IMG/VR virus record: IMGVR_UViG_3300046779_001827
Coordinates: 1-45,102 of that record
Reading direction: 5' to 3' (one strand)
Source of the DNA: a virus
Taxonomy: Duplodnaviria; Caudoviricetes
DNA length: 45,102 nt
Made by a program: the position numbers and the translations under genes. The notes under the pieces are model-generated. The model was not told the DNA's origin. It searched no databases and was given only the letters and a program-made list of their open reading frames with translations. Positions 1 through 8,660 of this stretch are shown one piece after another (position 1 is the first letter of the stretch; each line of letters opens with the position of its first letter).

Positions 1-2
1 GA

Positions 3-52
3 CCAAACACGAGTCCCATCCCGAGCGAAGCGAGGGATGGGCGAGTGTTTGG
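3..52. repeat. Long imperfect inverted repeat (hairpin) with GCGAAGC at its tip
   Basis: CCAAACAC..CCCATCCC-GAGCGAAGCGA-GGGATGGG..GTGTTTGG; the arms pair directly. Confidence 0.8.
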
Positions 53-53
53 A

Positions 54-99
54 TAAAAGGGGGGTGTCCCCCGAAGAGAACTGAGTCTCTCCGGGGGAC
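54..99 (-). terminator. Probable intrinsic terminator after ORF 118-504
   Basis: GTCCCCCG-AAGAGA-actgag-TCTCT-CCGGGGGAC stem, followed on the minus strand by ACCCCCCTTTTAT. Confidence 0.55.
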
Positions 100-117
100 G
101 ATGGAAGCAGATGACCG

Positions 118-504
118 CTAGAAGGCGTCGTCGATGATGACGGTCGCGGGCGCATCGTCGAACTCGTCGATGATGACGGTCGGAGCGATGGGGGCCGGAG
201 CCTGTCGACGAACGGTGCCGTTGAGCCACACGGTCTGGCGGGGCTTCTTGAGAGCCACGATGGAACCGTCCTCGGCGATGTAGTCGGTCTCGACGTCCTC
301 GAACTTGAACGAGTCGGTGACGAGACGGTGCCACTTCGCGAGGGGCTTAGCGGGGTTGAACATGCCGAGGTCGATGAGCGTCGAGAGCGTGATCATCTTG
401 TCGACAGCGTCGCACATGAGGAGGACCTTGGTCTTGCCGGAGTCGGTGACCTGGTCTTCGCAGATGTGCGTGACGGTGAAGGTGAGTGGGGTGGATGTGG
501 ACAT
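118..504 (-). CDS. Hypothetical protein, 128 aa, with acidic duplicated tail (possibly SSB-like)
   Basis: AGGAGG RBS; beta-rich body; C-terminus TVIIDEFDDAPATVIIDDAF ends acidic plus Phe, like SSB tails (inference). Confidence 0.75.
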   Translation of the reverse strand: MSTSTPLTFTVTHICEDQVTDSGKTKVLLMCDAVDKMITLSTLIDLGMFNPAKPLAKWHRLVTDSFKFEDVETDYIAEDGSIVALKKPRQTVWLNGTVRRQAPAPIAPTVIIDEFDDAPATVIIDDAF

Positions 505-724
505 GTTGACCTCCTGGTCGGTTGTGGGCGGGATGCCCTTCTTTTCACTCGATGTGAACCTTTTGCGATTTTGGTTCTAGTCGAATGCATGGGGTCTGTT
601 TAGAAAGACCCTGCGATAGAGACCTATGGTCTATTGAGACTTGAGGTCTTTGCTCTACCATAAAAGAAAAGACCCCACCACACTGGCTGTGTGGCAGGGC
701 TTTTCCTGTAGATGGTCCGTCTGG

Positions 725-3064
725 TTAACGGTTGGTCTTTTGGTGGTCCTTCAGTGCTCGAATGAACCAGTCAACCGGCTGCTTCTCGATCTTTGCAGAG
801 AACGAGTACAGCCACTTGTCATGGTTGTTCGACGGGAACTTGTCCTTAGCCTCGAAAGCTGCACGAACCAGGATCAGAATCTTGCGATTCGTATACTGTT
901 CGCCCATCTCGGCATCAGAACGCTCCAGCATCTTCACGAAATCCTCGGCCCACGTCTTGGTGGACGCCTGGAAACGCTTGATTCTGGCAAGCTCACCCTT
1001 CATAGACGCAGTCTCTGCAGGAGTGAACTCGATGTTCTCGATGACGTCAGGCATAGTGATGTTGTTGTTCACCCAATCCACCATTTCAGAGATAGAACTC
1101 TTGACAAGAGCCTCTCGTTCACGGTGTAGAGCGATCCACTTTGAATCACTGATTTCACCCGAGTAAAGACCGAATTCCTCGGCGAGTTTGTCGAACAGTC
1201 TGGTTTCATACCAGAAAGCATCGATTTCTCCACCGGTTTCTTCAGCAATGATCTCGAATGTGTCTTTCACATTCTGTGCGATCAATGCAATGTCTTCGGA
1301 TGTGCCTGAGCCAGTCTGAAGAGTGTCGATGATGTCTTCGTTAGAACACACCTGATACTCTATGTGTCCGCCAACAAGGGCTGCATGCAACATCTTTGGG
1401 ATGGTTGCACCGCCAGTGCCAGCAGGAAACAGTCGACTAGCAGACCTGACTCTCTCTTCATCTTCAAGAGAGTAGATCTCGCCAAGCTTGAGGGACTTGG
1501 TACCGGGAAGTTCTCCAATATCCAACGTGTCCTCCACAGTGCTGTACTGAGGAACGAGCCTTTGCAGCTCATCCAAGTCCAGCTCTGGTGGATTGTCCGT
1601 GTATGTATGGAAAACCGGACCTGGCTTAACTACGGGGATGAAACTCCACTCACCAAATGCATTTGGATTGCGAAGGATCATTGCACCGAGTTGACCTTTA
1701 TTCGTACGAATCAAGATCTTGCCAGTATCGTCCTCATCCCAGCCACCATGGTTGGAGTAGTTCGCCTCGAAGAATTCGCCAGGAACCGCGAAACAGTGAG
1801 TCTTCTCATGAAAGAAGCCCCAAGGTTTCTTGGTAACAGGGAACCCAAAGAGTTGAAGTACCTCATGGGTGACCACGTGAGCGGCATAAGCCCAAGGCAC
1901 AGGGAACCAATGCCTAGACTTGTCTTCCCAAGACTCCAGTTTGCGGAAGTGTCCGTTCTCGTCCTCAACCGTTTTCTTGGTCAAGAGCTGCATCTTCAAA
2001 CCGTTCACGCTGTAAAACATGAGGGTCTGGCTAGCAGTGAGAGGGACGCCCAACTTGTCAAGTCGAGCAACCGCATTCTGGATGTGGTACACGAGACCAC
2101 GACCTGTATCGAACTTCTCTTCGATATCCTCATGAAGGATTTCGTCCTGATGTTCAATCAGCTTGGTAAGCCACTCGGAACGCTTGCCACTCTTCACATC
2201 TTCAAAGAATGCATTGAGCATGCTCTTCAGAGTGTTAATGAGCGAGGCGTCGTCGTAGAGCCCTTTCACACGCCAGTAGATGGAGTGAGACAGATCGTCC
2301 GACTTAACCGGAATTGCACCGTAAGAAGGATTGATCGTGATCCACTGCCATCCGCTAGTGTAGATTTCAGGCTTGATGTTCGGCTCAAACGTGAGCACAT
2401 CGAAACCCTGCATCTGCTTAGCTGGCAAGACCAAGGCGTTACCCTTGATCAAACCATACGGCGTGAGCATTCGGATTTCCACAACGGCTGTTACACCGGT
2501 GTGAATCTTCCAAATTTGTTGAGCCCTCCAGCGAGCTGAAGCGTTCGTGTTGGATTGGACACATCTGATAGCAAGGTTGCGGCTGATTGCCGAGATGCCA
2601 TCGACATACTTCTCAGGGAAGTTGTGGATAGGCATACCAACCTTGATCGAACCGTCCTCATCGAACAGCCAAGCACATGCCACGCGAGACAATTCTGCCA
2701 ATCGCTTAGACATTTTCTTGGAGTTCTTGATGAACAGTCCAATCTCCTTGAAGGAGCTGAGCCAGCCTTTGGTTCCCTTGATTCGGAGAACATACTGGTC
2801 AGATGCTGTGGACCACCGGATTTCCTCAGAGGAAAACTGGCAGTTGGTCGTAGCGGCGGGATCGCTCTTGAAACGACCCCATCGCTTTGGGTGAATCTTC
2901 CTCACTTCAAGCCGGTAACGATCCGGAAAGAAGTGGTTGAGGAAGGCGGGTTCGTAACTCCCGCTGTTGAACTCCTCAAGAACCTGATCGTTCTCGAGAA
3001 GCGGAGCTGACGTCAGCAGCCGAAGCCACATCTTTCCTCTCCTTACGATGCCGTGAAATGGCAT
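725..3064 (-). CDS. Putative single-polypeptide double-psi-beta-barrel RNA polymerase (YonO/RDR-like), 779 aa
   Basis: VDGISAIS...EIRMLTPYGLIKGNALV resembles the RDR/YonO DGxGxIS...QIRxxGxKG motifs; NHGGWDEDD resembles the catalytic GGxDxDGD; ILRNPNAFGEW resembles xRNPxxxxGD; AGGAGG RBS. Confidence 0.65.
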   Translation of the reverse strand: MPFHGIVRRGKMWLRLLTSAPLLENDQVLEEFNSGSYEPAFLNHFFPDRYRLEVRKIHPKRWGRFKSDPAATTNCQFSSEEIRWSTASDQYVLRIKGTKGWLSSFKEIGLFIKNSKKMSKRLAELSRVACAWLFDEDGSIKVGMPIHNFPEKYVDGISAISRNLAIRCVQSNTNASARWRAQQIWKIHTGVTAVVEIRMLTPYGLIKGNALVLPAKQMQGFDVLTFEPNIKPEIYTSGWQWITINPSYGAIPVKSDDLSHSIYWRVKGLYDDASLINTLKSMLNAFFEDVKSGKRSEWLTKLIEHQDEILHEDIEEKFDTGRGLVYHIQNAVARLDKLGVPLTASQTLMFYSVNGLKMQLLTKKTVEDENGHFRKLESWEDKSRHWFPVPWAYAAHVVTHEVLQLFGFPVTKKPWGFFHEKTHCFAVPGEFFEANYSNHGGWDEDDTGKILIRTNKGQLGAMILRNPNAFGEWSFIPVVKPGPVFHTYTDNPPELDLDELQRLVPQYSTVEDTLDIGELPGTKSLKLGEIYSLEDEERVRSASRLFPAGTGGATIPKMLHAALVGGHIEYQVCSNEDIIDTLQTGSGTSEDIALIAQNVKDTFEIIAEETGGEIDAFWYETRLFDKLAEEFGLYSGEISDSKWIALHREREALVKSSISEMVDWVNNNITMPDVIENIEFTPAETASMKGELARIKRFQASTKTWAEDFVKMLERSDAEMGEQYTNRKILILVRAAFEAKDKFPSNNHDKWLYSFSAKIEKQPVDWFIRALKDHQKTNR

Positions 3065-3210
3065 GTGTACCTCCTGGTACTATGGTGTGCCGAGGCCGTC
3101 GACACGCGGTTTTGGGCATATACAGAGACTTGAGGTCTTGTATCTACCAAAAAAGAAAAGACCTCCGTAGAGGTCTCTTCTCACCTTGTCTCGAAAGACT
3201 CAGTTGTTGG

Positions 3211-3897
3211 TCAGCAGGCGTTCTTCGCCTTGATGAGCTTGAGCTTGTCGATGGCTGCGGAAGCCCAGGTGATGGACTTGATTTCCGTGCCGTCGATGTG
3301 TCCGCGCATGGCCTTGACGAGGTTGTTGATCTCGTCCTCGGTCATGTGCTCCTTGACCTGCTTGAACAGATCGCGGATGAACTTGATCTGCGGCTCGCTC
3401 ATGGAACGAGTGCTCGACTGCTTGGTACCGGTACCCTTGCAGGTGAAGCACTTGCCGATGGAGCCGTCCTTGAGCGGGACGTTGTACAGACCGGTGCCGG
3501 AGCACTTCTGACAGGTGTTGGGTGCCATGGTGGTGGCCTCCTTCTTGTTGTTGTTGATGGGCGTGTCGAAGCCGTCCTCGATGATCACGATGACTTCTTC
3601 CTTGGGCTGGATTGCCTTCACGTTGTCCTCCTTGATGGACTTGTTGGTGGTCTTTTCTGCCGCCTTGGCCTTCTTGGCCTTCTCCTTCTGGAGAGCGATG
3701 TTGTTGCTGATGGCGTCCTCGATCATCTTGATCGTGGCTTCACCCTGCTCGAACGAGAAGATCTCGGTACCTGCGGTGTGCCGTTCGACTGCGCTACGCA
3801 AGTTGTTCATCTGACGTCCGTTGAACAGCTCTGCTGCACCCTGGTCGTCGAGGTACTGAAAGATCGTTGCGATCTGCTCGTTGGTCATTGCCTTCAT
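3211..3897 (-). CDS. Protein with DnaJ-type CxxCxGxG zinc finger and helical C-terminal domain (paralog of 4004-4474)
   Basis: CQKCSGTG...CFTCKGTG; start placed at the ATG after AAGGAGAAAACTACC. Confidence 0.85.
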   Translation of the reverse strand: MKAMTNEQIATIFQYLDDQGAAELFNGRQMNNLRSAVERHTAGTEIFSFEQGEATIKMIEDAISNNIALQKEKAKKAKAAEKTTNKSIKEDNVKAIQPKEEVIVIIEDGFDTPINNNKKEATTMAPNTCQKCSGTGLYNVPLKDGSIGKCFTCKGTGTKQSSTRSMSEPQIKFIRDLFKQVKEHMTEDEINNLVKAMRGHIDGTEIKSITWASAAIDKLKLIKAKNAC

Positions 3898-4003
3898 GGT
3901 AGTTTTCTCCTTGTTGTTTGGGCCTTGTGGCCTTGGTTCTACCAAAAAAGAAAAGACCCCATGAGGGGTCTTCTCTCATCATGCCCGAAGGCTTGATTGT
4001 TGA

Positions 4004-4474
4004 TTAGGCGTTGTTTGCCTTGATGGTCTTGAGCTTGTCGATGGCCGAGGATGCCCACTTGATCGACTTGGTCTCAGTGCCGTTGATGTGTGCCTGCATG
4101 GCCTTGACCAGGTTGTTGATCTGGTCTTCAGTCATGAACTGCTTGACGTCTCGGAAGAGGTCACGAATGAACTTGACCTGCTTGTCGGTCATGTTCTTGT
4201 CGTTCACCATCTTGGTGCCGGTGCCCTTGCAGGCAAAGCAGTTACCGATCGAACCGTCCTTGAGCGGAACGTTGTACTTCCCGGTACCCAGGCACTTCAT
4301 GCAGGGGTTGGTGTTGGTGGACATGGTGTTGGATGCCTCCTTGTTGGTTGGCTTGTTGTCGAGCAGGTACTCCCCGCAGATGTCGCAGTTCACCAAGTGT
4401 TCCTTGATGTTGCGAGTCCACGAATTGTGCTTGCACTCGGTGGTTGGCGTTGATGCCGTCATGGTTACCCCCAT
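4004..4474 (-). CDS. Paralogous CxxCxGxG zinc-finger protein (start may be 4462)
   Basis: CMKCLGTG...CFACKGTG; C-terminal ~100 aa closely match 3211-3897 (YNVPLKDGSIG, KFIRDLF, AIDKLK). Confidence 0.85.
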   Translation of the reverse strand: MGVTMTASTPTTECKHNSWTRNIKEHLVNCDICGEYLLDNKPTNKEASNTMSTNTNPCMKCLGTGKYNVPLKDGSIGNCFACKGTGTKMVNDKNMTDKQVKFIRDLFRDVKQFMTEDQINNLVKAMQAHINGTETKSIKWASSAIDKLKTIKANNA

Positions 4475-4569
4475 GGTTGTGAGACTTGGGTTAAGGTCTC
4501 TGGACTACCCATAAAGAAGAAACCCCCGAAGGGGTTGCTTCTCACCGTGTCCGAAGACTTGGTTATTTG

Positions 4570-4782
4570 TCAGTCGAACAGTGTCGGCTGACGCTTGATG
4601 TAGGCACGCTTGCTTGTGCCCTTGTTCTTGTTTGTCTGACGTGTGCGTGCACAGTCTGCGCAGAAAGTGTCCCATCCCTTAGGGCCCTTTGCGTCCGCAT
4701 TGACAAAGAGTCGAAACCCGTTGCCTTTGTAGACGAACTCTCCGCACTGACGACAGTGTCCGTTGTAGTCATTCCAAGCCAT
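4570..4782 (-). CDS. 70-aa zinc-finger protein with C-terminal QPTLFD (beta-clamp-binding-like)
   Basis: AAAGGAG RBS before MAWNDY; CRQC...CADC. Confidence 0.75.
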   Translation of the reverse strand: MAWNDYNGHCRQCGEFVYKGNGFRLFVNADAKGPKGWDTFCADCARTRQTNKNKGTSKRAYIKRQPTLFD

Positions 4783-4801
4783 TTCTGGCTCCTTTCTTTG
4801 G

Positions 4802-5017
4802 TTAGGCGATGTAGTCGTTCTTGCGCAGCCACATGTTGAGCCACGCACGAGCCGATTTTTCATCGGTTACGCCATCTTGCTTCTTGGGAGACTTGGTTTC
4901 TCCATCTACGACAGCGAAGAAGCCGATTGTATTGCTCCACTTGAGAACAACCAGTGTCTTTTCTTCTCCAGGAACACGAGGCCCCACCTTCGCAGAAGCG
5001 ATGATCTTTGTTGTCAT
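4802..5017 (-). CDS. Hypothetical protein, 71 aa
   Basis: Same AAGGAGAAAACTACCATG leader as the gene starting at 3897. Confidence 0.8.
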   Translation of the reverse strand: MTTKIIASAKVGPRVPGEEKTLVVLKWSNTIGFFAVVDGETKSPKKQDGVTDEKSARAWLNMWLRKNDYIA

Positions 5018-5139
5018 GGTAGTTTTCTCCTTTGTTCGGACCTTGCGGTCTTTGATCTACCAAAAAAAAGAAGATCCCTTTCGGGATCTCCTTCTTCATC
5101 CAGACACTTAAGTCCGGGAATGTCACCAGCTTTCTTTAA

Positions 5140-5466
5140 CTAGCTGTTAGGGCACTTGCCTTCGACGAGGAAGCGCTTGCTACGCATGCATCCGTACTCC
5201 TCGATTCGACCCACAACCTTGCGGTAGTGGATTCCATCTCCCGGAATTCGAACGTATGGCTTCTGCAGGATTCCTCCGACAATTCTGCCGACACCCCATG
5301 CAATGTCAGACAGCTCGTCTTTGAACTCATCCATGTTCTTGACTTCCAGAAGCTCGTAGAATTCTCCACGTAGCTTACCGTCAACCAACTCACGGCTGAA
5401 GAGGTCAGCGACCCCATCCTTCCAAGAACGGACGTCCATGCATCCGCACCAGTGAACCTGTTTCAT
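5140..5466 (-). CDS. MazG-like all-alpha NTP pyrophosphohydrolase-like protein
   Basis: GEFYELLE...EFKDELSDIAW resembles the ExxE...ELxD pattern; AAGGAG RBS. Confidence 0.5.
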   Translation of the reverse strand: MKQVHWCGCMDVRSWKDGVADLFSRELVDGKLRGEFYELLEVKNMDEFKDELSDIAWGVGRIVGGILQKPYVRIPGDGIHYRKVVGRIEEYGCMRSKRFLVEGKCPNS

Positions 5467-5572
5467 GGTTCTCCTTTTGTTTGGGTCAGGCCTTGTGGCC
5501 TAGTTACTACCCAAAAAGAAGAGACCCCCTAAGGGGCCGCTTCTCACCATGCCTCGAAAGGCTAGGTTGTTG

Positions 5573-6124
5573 TCAGTTGAGTGATGGATTGAACGGAAGA
5601 TCTCCGAATTCTTCGTCAACGAAGTATCCGCAGTGACAGCCGTCATCATCCAATGGTCGAATCGCTGTGCACATTGGGCACGTCCAGTGACAATCACAGT
5701 ACAACTTCTCTTCTGAACGAAGTTCTCCACAGGTCATGCAGAAAGACATGCCTTCGATTTGCTTGCAGCGTGGAAAGCTTTTGTTCATTCGATCTTCTTC
5801 ATACTTGGCAATTTCATTCGCCACTTGAATGAGAAGATCTCGATCAGTCACCCATGTGCTTCCGAAGTCCTTGACCAGGGAACAGTGCACTTCGTCGTAG
5901 TTGTGGTAATCCACCAACCACAGAGAGAAGTTCCATTTCTGGTCCTCACCTCCAAATGCCTTGTCCCACGATTGGACGACGACATGGTGTCCCATGTATC
6001 CGTGATCCATCCACAGTCTTGGAAAAGCGGTGAATCCCAACTTGGTCAAGCTCTCGTCACCGATGTCTGTCTGACGAAGGCCGAGAACAACCTCTCGTAG
6101 TTGCTTCCATCTAGGTACCCACAT
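5573..6124 (-). CDS. Hypothetical protein with C-terminal Cys-rich zinc ribbons, 183 aa
   Basis: CMTCG..CDCHWTCPMC..CHCG; AGGAGG RBS. Confidence 0.8.
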   Translation of the reverse strand: MWVPRWKQLREVVLGLRQTDIGDESLTKLGFTAFPRLWMDHGYMGHHVVVQSWDKAFGGEDQKWNFSLWLVDYHNYDEVHCSLVKDFGSTWVTDRDLLIQVANEIAKYEEDRMNKSFPRCKQIEGMSFCMTCGELRSEEKLYCDCHWTCPMCTAIRPLDDDGCHCGYFVDEEFGDLPFNPSLN

Positions 6125-6224
6125 AGTGGTTCCTCCTTTTCTTTGGGTTAGACCTTTGTGGCCTATTTACTACCCAAAAAAGAAGAACCCGACTCTGCAC
6201 AGCCGGGTACTCCTTTTTATTTAT

Positions 6225-6605
6225 TTATTTGTTGTTGTTCCAGCTGACAACTGGACGGATGTTTCCGTTGAAGTCAGCGTGTTGCTGTACACCTGACCAA
6301 CGCCAGATGTCGCCTTTGCCACCGTGTCCCATCTCTGGATCACCGCCCGTCTGAGCAATGATCTGCAAGATGAATGCAGGGTTGAACATGATTGGTCCAA
6401 CCACTTCGGCAAGGGTGCGTTCACCGCCATTGGCATGGACATACATGCTGCGAATGACAGTGTTCACGTAGTGAGGCTCTTCCAACACAAAGACCTCGTA
6501 GAACATTGGGCGATGAACTCGCGCAATGAACTCTTCGTTGTCTCCTGCAATGGAGAGGATGGTTTGAATGAAGGCGTAGATAGCCTTCGGGGTTTGTGGT
6601 GCCAT
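6225..6605 (-). CDS. Hypothetical protein
   Basis: AGGAGGAG RBS before MAPQTP; fills one repeat-bounded unit. Confidence 0.75.
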   Translation of the reverse strand: MAPQTPKAIYAFIQTILSIAGDNEEFIARVHRPMFYEVFVLEEPHYVNTVIRSMYVHANGGERTLAEVVGPIMFNPAFILQIIAQTGGDPEMGHGGKGDIWRWSGVQQHADFNGNIRPVVSWNNNK

Positions 6606-6777
6606 GACTCCTCCTGAGTATGGTCTGTGATGAGATGCGCTCATCGACGCAGGCTAATGCACGTGCAGGTGCAGCATTTAAAGATCTAAGATCTACCTAA
6701 AAAGAAGAAACCCCTTTCGGGGCTCCTTCTCCAGGAGATCGCGACTCTCCCTAGTTGTGAATGAAGTTTTGTTTACT

Positions 6778-7059
6778 TCAGCTGTTGCTGACGAACTCGT
6801 CGTACTTCGAACGGAGTTCCTTGTGTCGAGAAACGATCTTCTCGAGCTTGATCGATGCCTGACGGTTGCTTTCCTTGGCTGCGTTGAGCATTGCCTCGTA
6901 CTTGGCCAGTTCCTCGCCGGTCATCAGTTCCATCTCGTTGGTGATCTCTTCGATCTCCTGAGCTGTCACATCGACTGTGAGCTGCATCTTCTTCTGCTGA
7001 GCCCATGCCTTCAGGATCGAATCCTTCATTGCCTGGACGTATGCCTGCTGAATGTTCAC
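6778..7059 (-). CDS. Coiled-coil hypothetical protein, 93 aa
   Basis: GGAGGTAAAAC-GTG start; heptad-like sequence. Confidence 0.8.
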   Translation of the reverse strand: MNIQQAYVQAMKDSILKAWAQQKKMQLTVDVTAQEIEEITNEMELMTGEELAKYEAMLNAAKESNRQASIKLEKIVSRHKELRSKYDEFVSNS

Positions 7060-7180
7060 GTTTTACCTCCGTGAATCTTTGGTTTAAGTGGCCGGATGGC
7101 TACCCAGAAAGAGAAAACCCCTTTCGGGGTCTCCTCCTTCTTCCAAACACTTAAGTCTGGGAATGTCGTGATGCGTCAGG

Positions 7181-7540
7181 CTACGAACGCGAAGCGATCG
7201 TGATCTTTGCCTTGAGGGCAGCTGCCTTGCGCTTCTGTGCCTGGAGCTTCTCGCGGGTGCTCAGCATGCTCTCTTCGTACATCTGGATGTCCTGCTGGAG
7301 ATCGTTGATGTGGTCGAGCAGCTCGTTCTCGGTGGGGAGAACTGCCTTGCCGTCGAAGACCATGACGGTCTTGATGCCCTTCTTGACGCGGAACAGCTTG
7401 ACGATGGACTCGTCGAGAGCCTTCTTGGAGTCCTCGATCAGCTGCGTGAGGACCGCGATGTCCTTCTGCAACGGCTCGACGTGCTCCTGCTCGTAGCTGT
7501 TCTTCTGCTGGGTGAGTTCCCAGATCTTCTTGATGTCCAC
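7181..7540 (-). CDS. Coiled-coil hypothetical protein, 119 aa
   Basis: Same GGAGGTAAAAC-GTG start; upstream leader nearly identical to that of 6778-7059. Confidence 0.8.
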   Translation of the reverse strand: MDIKKIWELTQQKNSYEQEHVEPLQKDIAVLTQLIEDSKKALDESIVKLFRVKKGIKTVMVFDGKAVLPTENELLDHINDLQQDIQMYEESMLSTREKLQAQKRKAAALKAKITIASRS

Positions 7541-7673
7541 GTTTTACCTCCGTGGTTTGTTGGTTTAGGTGGCCGGATGGCTACCCACAAAGAAAGAACC
7601 GTGCTGGCTGCACGGCTCTTTCATTCTCGTTGGTTGAATAGGACAAAGGTTTCGGTTTCCCTACTTCCTGAAG

Positions 7674-8234
7674 TTACCTCGAAGATACGACCTTCACCTC
7701 AAACTTCTTGCGAAGCTCTGATGACGGAACGACATTCTCCCAGATCTCGCGTTCACCAGTCACGAATGTAACAGGTGCCGAGTTGAAGAATTCGTTGCTC
7801 TCTAGGATGGCAGTGGTTGTGGCCACTGCGTCCTCGCGGTCATACCACATGTTGACGGGACACGAATCCTGATTCTTCTGAAGGAATTCTGACCACTCGT
7901 TCTTGGGAATCGAGTTCAGCTTTCCTTCCGAGAAGGTCTTGATATAGTGTCCAGCCAGGCTCCGGCTCAGCTTTGTAAACATCTCGTTAGCATAGAGATC
8001 CTGCATTGCTGAGTGGTCCATGAGGTAGCCGAACTGCCGAAGCAGCTGGGCTTTCTGGATGCCTGCCTTGGCAGCCGTAATAAACGCTGTGTCCACCACG
8101 TGCTTGGAGAAGTACAGCACAGGGATTGCGCCGTTCTCCGAGATTTCGTTCTCCACGTCCATCAGAACGTCGAGTCCGTCGTGGCGGTACACGACATTTA
8201 CGTCGGGCACCAGCAGGCGAAGAGTGCCTTTCAT
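7674..8234 (-). CDS. PIN-domain (VapC-like) nuclease-like protein, 186 aa
   Basis: LLVPDVNVV (cf. vlDTNvl), DREDAVATTTA (cf. D..Da.i.A.A), VTFVTGERE (cf. lvTxD). Confidence 0.55.
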   Translation of the reverse strand: MKGTLRLLVPDVNVVYRHDGLDVLMDVENEISENGAIPVLYFSKHVVDTAFITAAKAGIQKAQLLRQFGYLMDHSAMQDLYANEMFTKLSRSLAGHYIKTFSEGKLNSIPKNEWSEFLQKNQDSCPVNMWYDREDAVATTTAILESNEFFNSAPVTFVTGEREIWENVVPSSELRKKFEVKVVSSR

Positions 8235-8360
8235 AGCATTCTTCCCCTTTCGGTTGTGACCACCTGGGTTATTTGTGGTCTGGTTACTACCCATAAAGAA
8301 GAAACCCACCAGTCCGCGTGGACGACCGATGGGCTCCTTCTTATCTGTTTTTGTTAGTGA

Positions 8361-8534
8361 CTACGAAAAGTCGCGGTCACCCTCTAGTGCTGCGTTCACG
8401 ATCAAACGCTGTAGATCCTGCAGCATGTTGAGATCATGCTTTGAATCTTTGATTTGTTCTTCGATTGCTTGCTTCTGGGCTTCCAGCAGATTGATCTCTG
8501 CTTTTCTCGCCTGAATGCGGCTCTCTAGGTTCAT
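8361..8534 (-). CDS. Small coiled-coil protein, 57 aa (not in ORF track)
   Basis: Read manually: MNLESRIQARKAEINLLEAQKQAIEEQIKD...; AAAGGGG RBS; fills one unit. Confidence 0.75.
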   Translation of the reverse strand: MNLESRIQARKAEINLLEAQKQAIEEQIKDSKHDLNMLQDLQRLIVNAALEGDRDFS

Positions 8535-8660
8535 TGTTTGCCCCTTTCAAAGACAAACCACGCTGTTGGGCAGCCGACCTCTTTTGAGGTCTACAAGCTA
8601 CCCATAAAGAGAAAACCGCACTGGATGTACGGTTCTCTCTCCTGAGGATGCAGTGTTAAA

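Noticed and set aside
21-34. Similarity of CCGAGCGAAGCGAG to a ColE1-type plasmid sequence, suggesting vector contamination
   Set aside because: The match is too short and the flanks are not vector-like.
641-4514. Long plus-strand ORFs (e.g. 1364-2539, 3058-3996, 4011-4514)
   Set aside because: Antisense shadows of GC3-rich minus-strand genes; no RBS or recognisable motifs.
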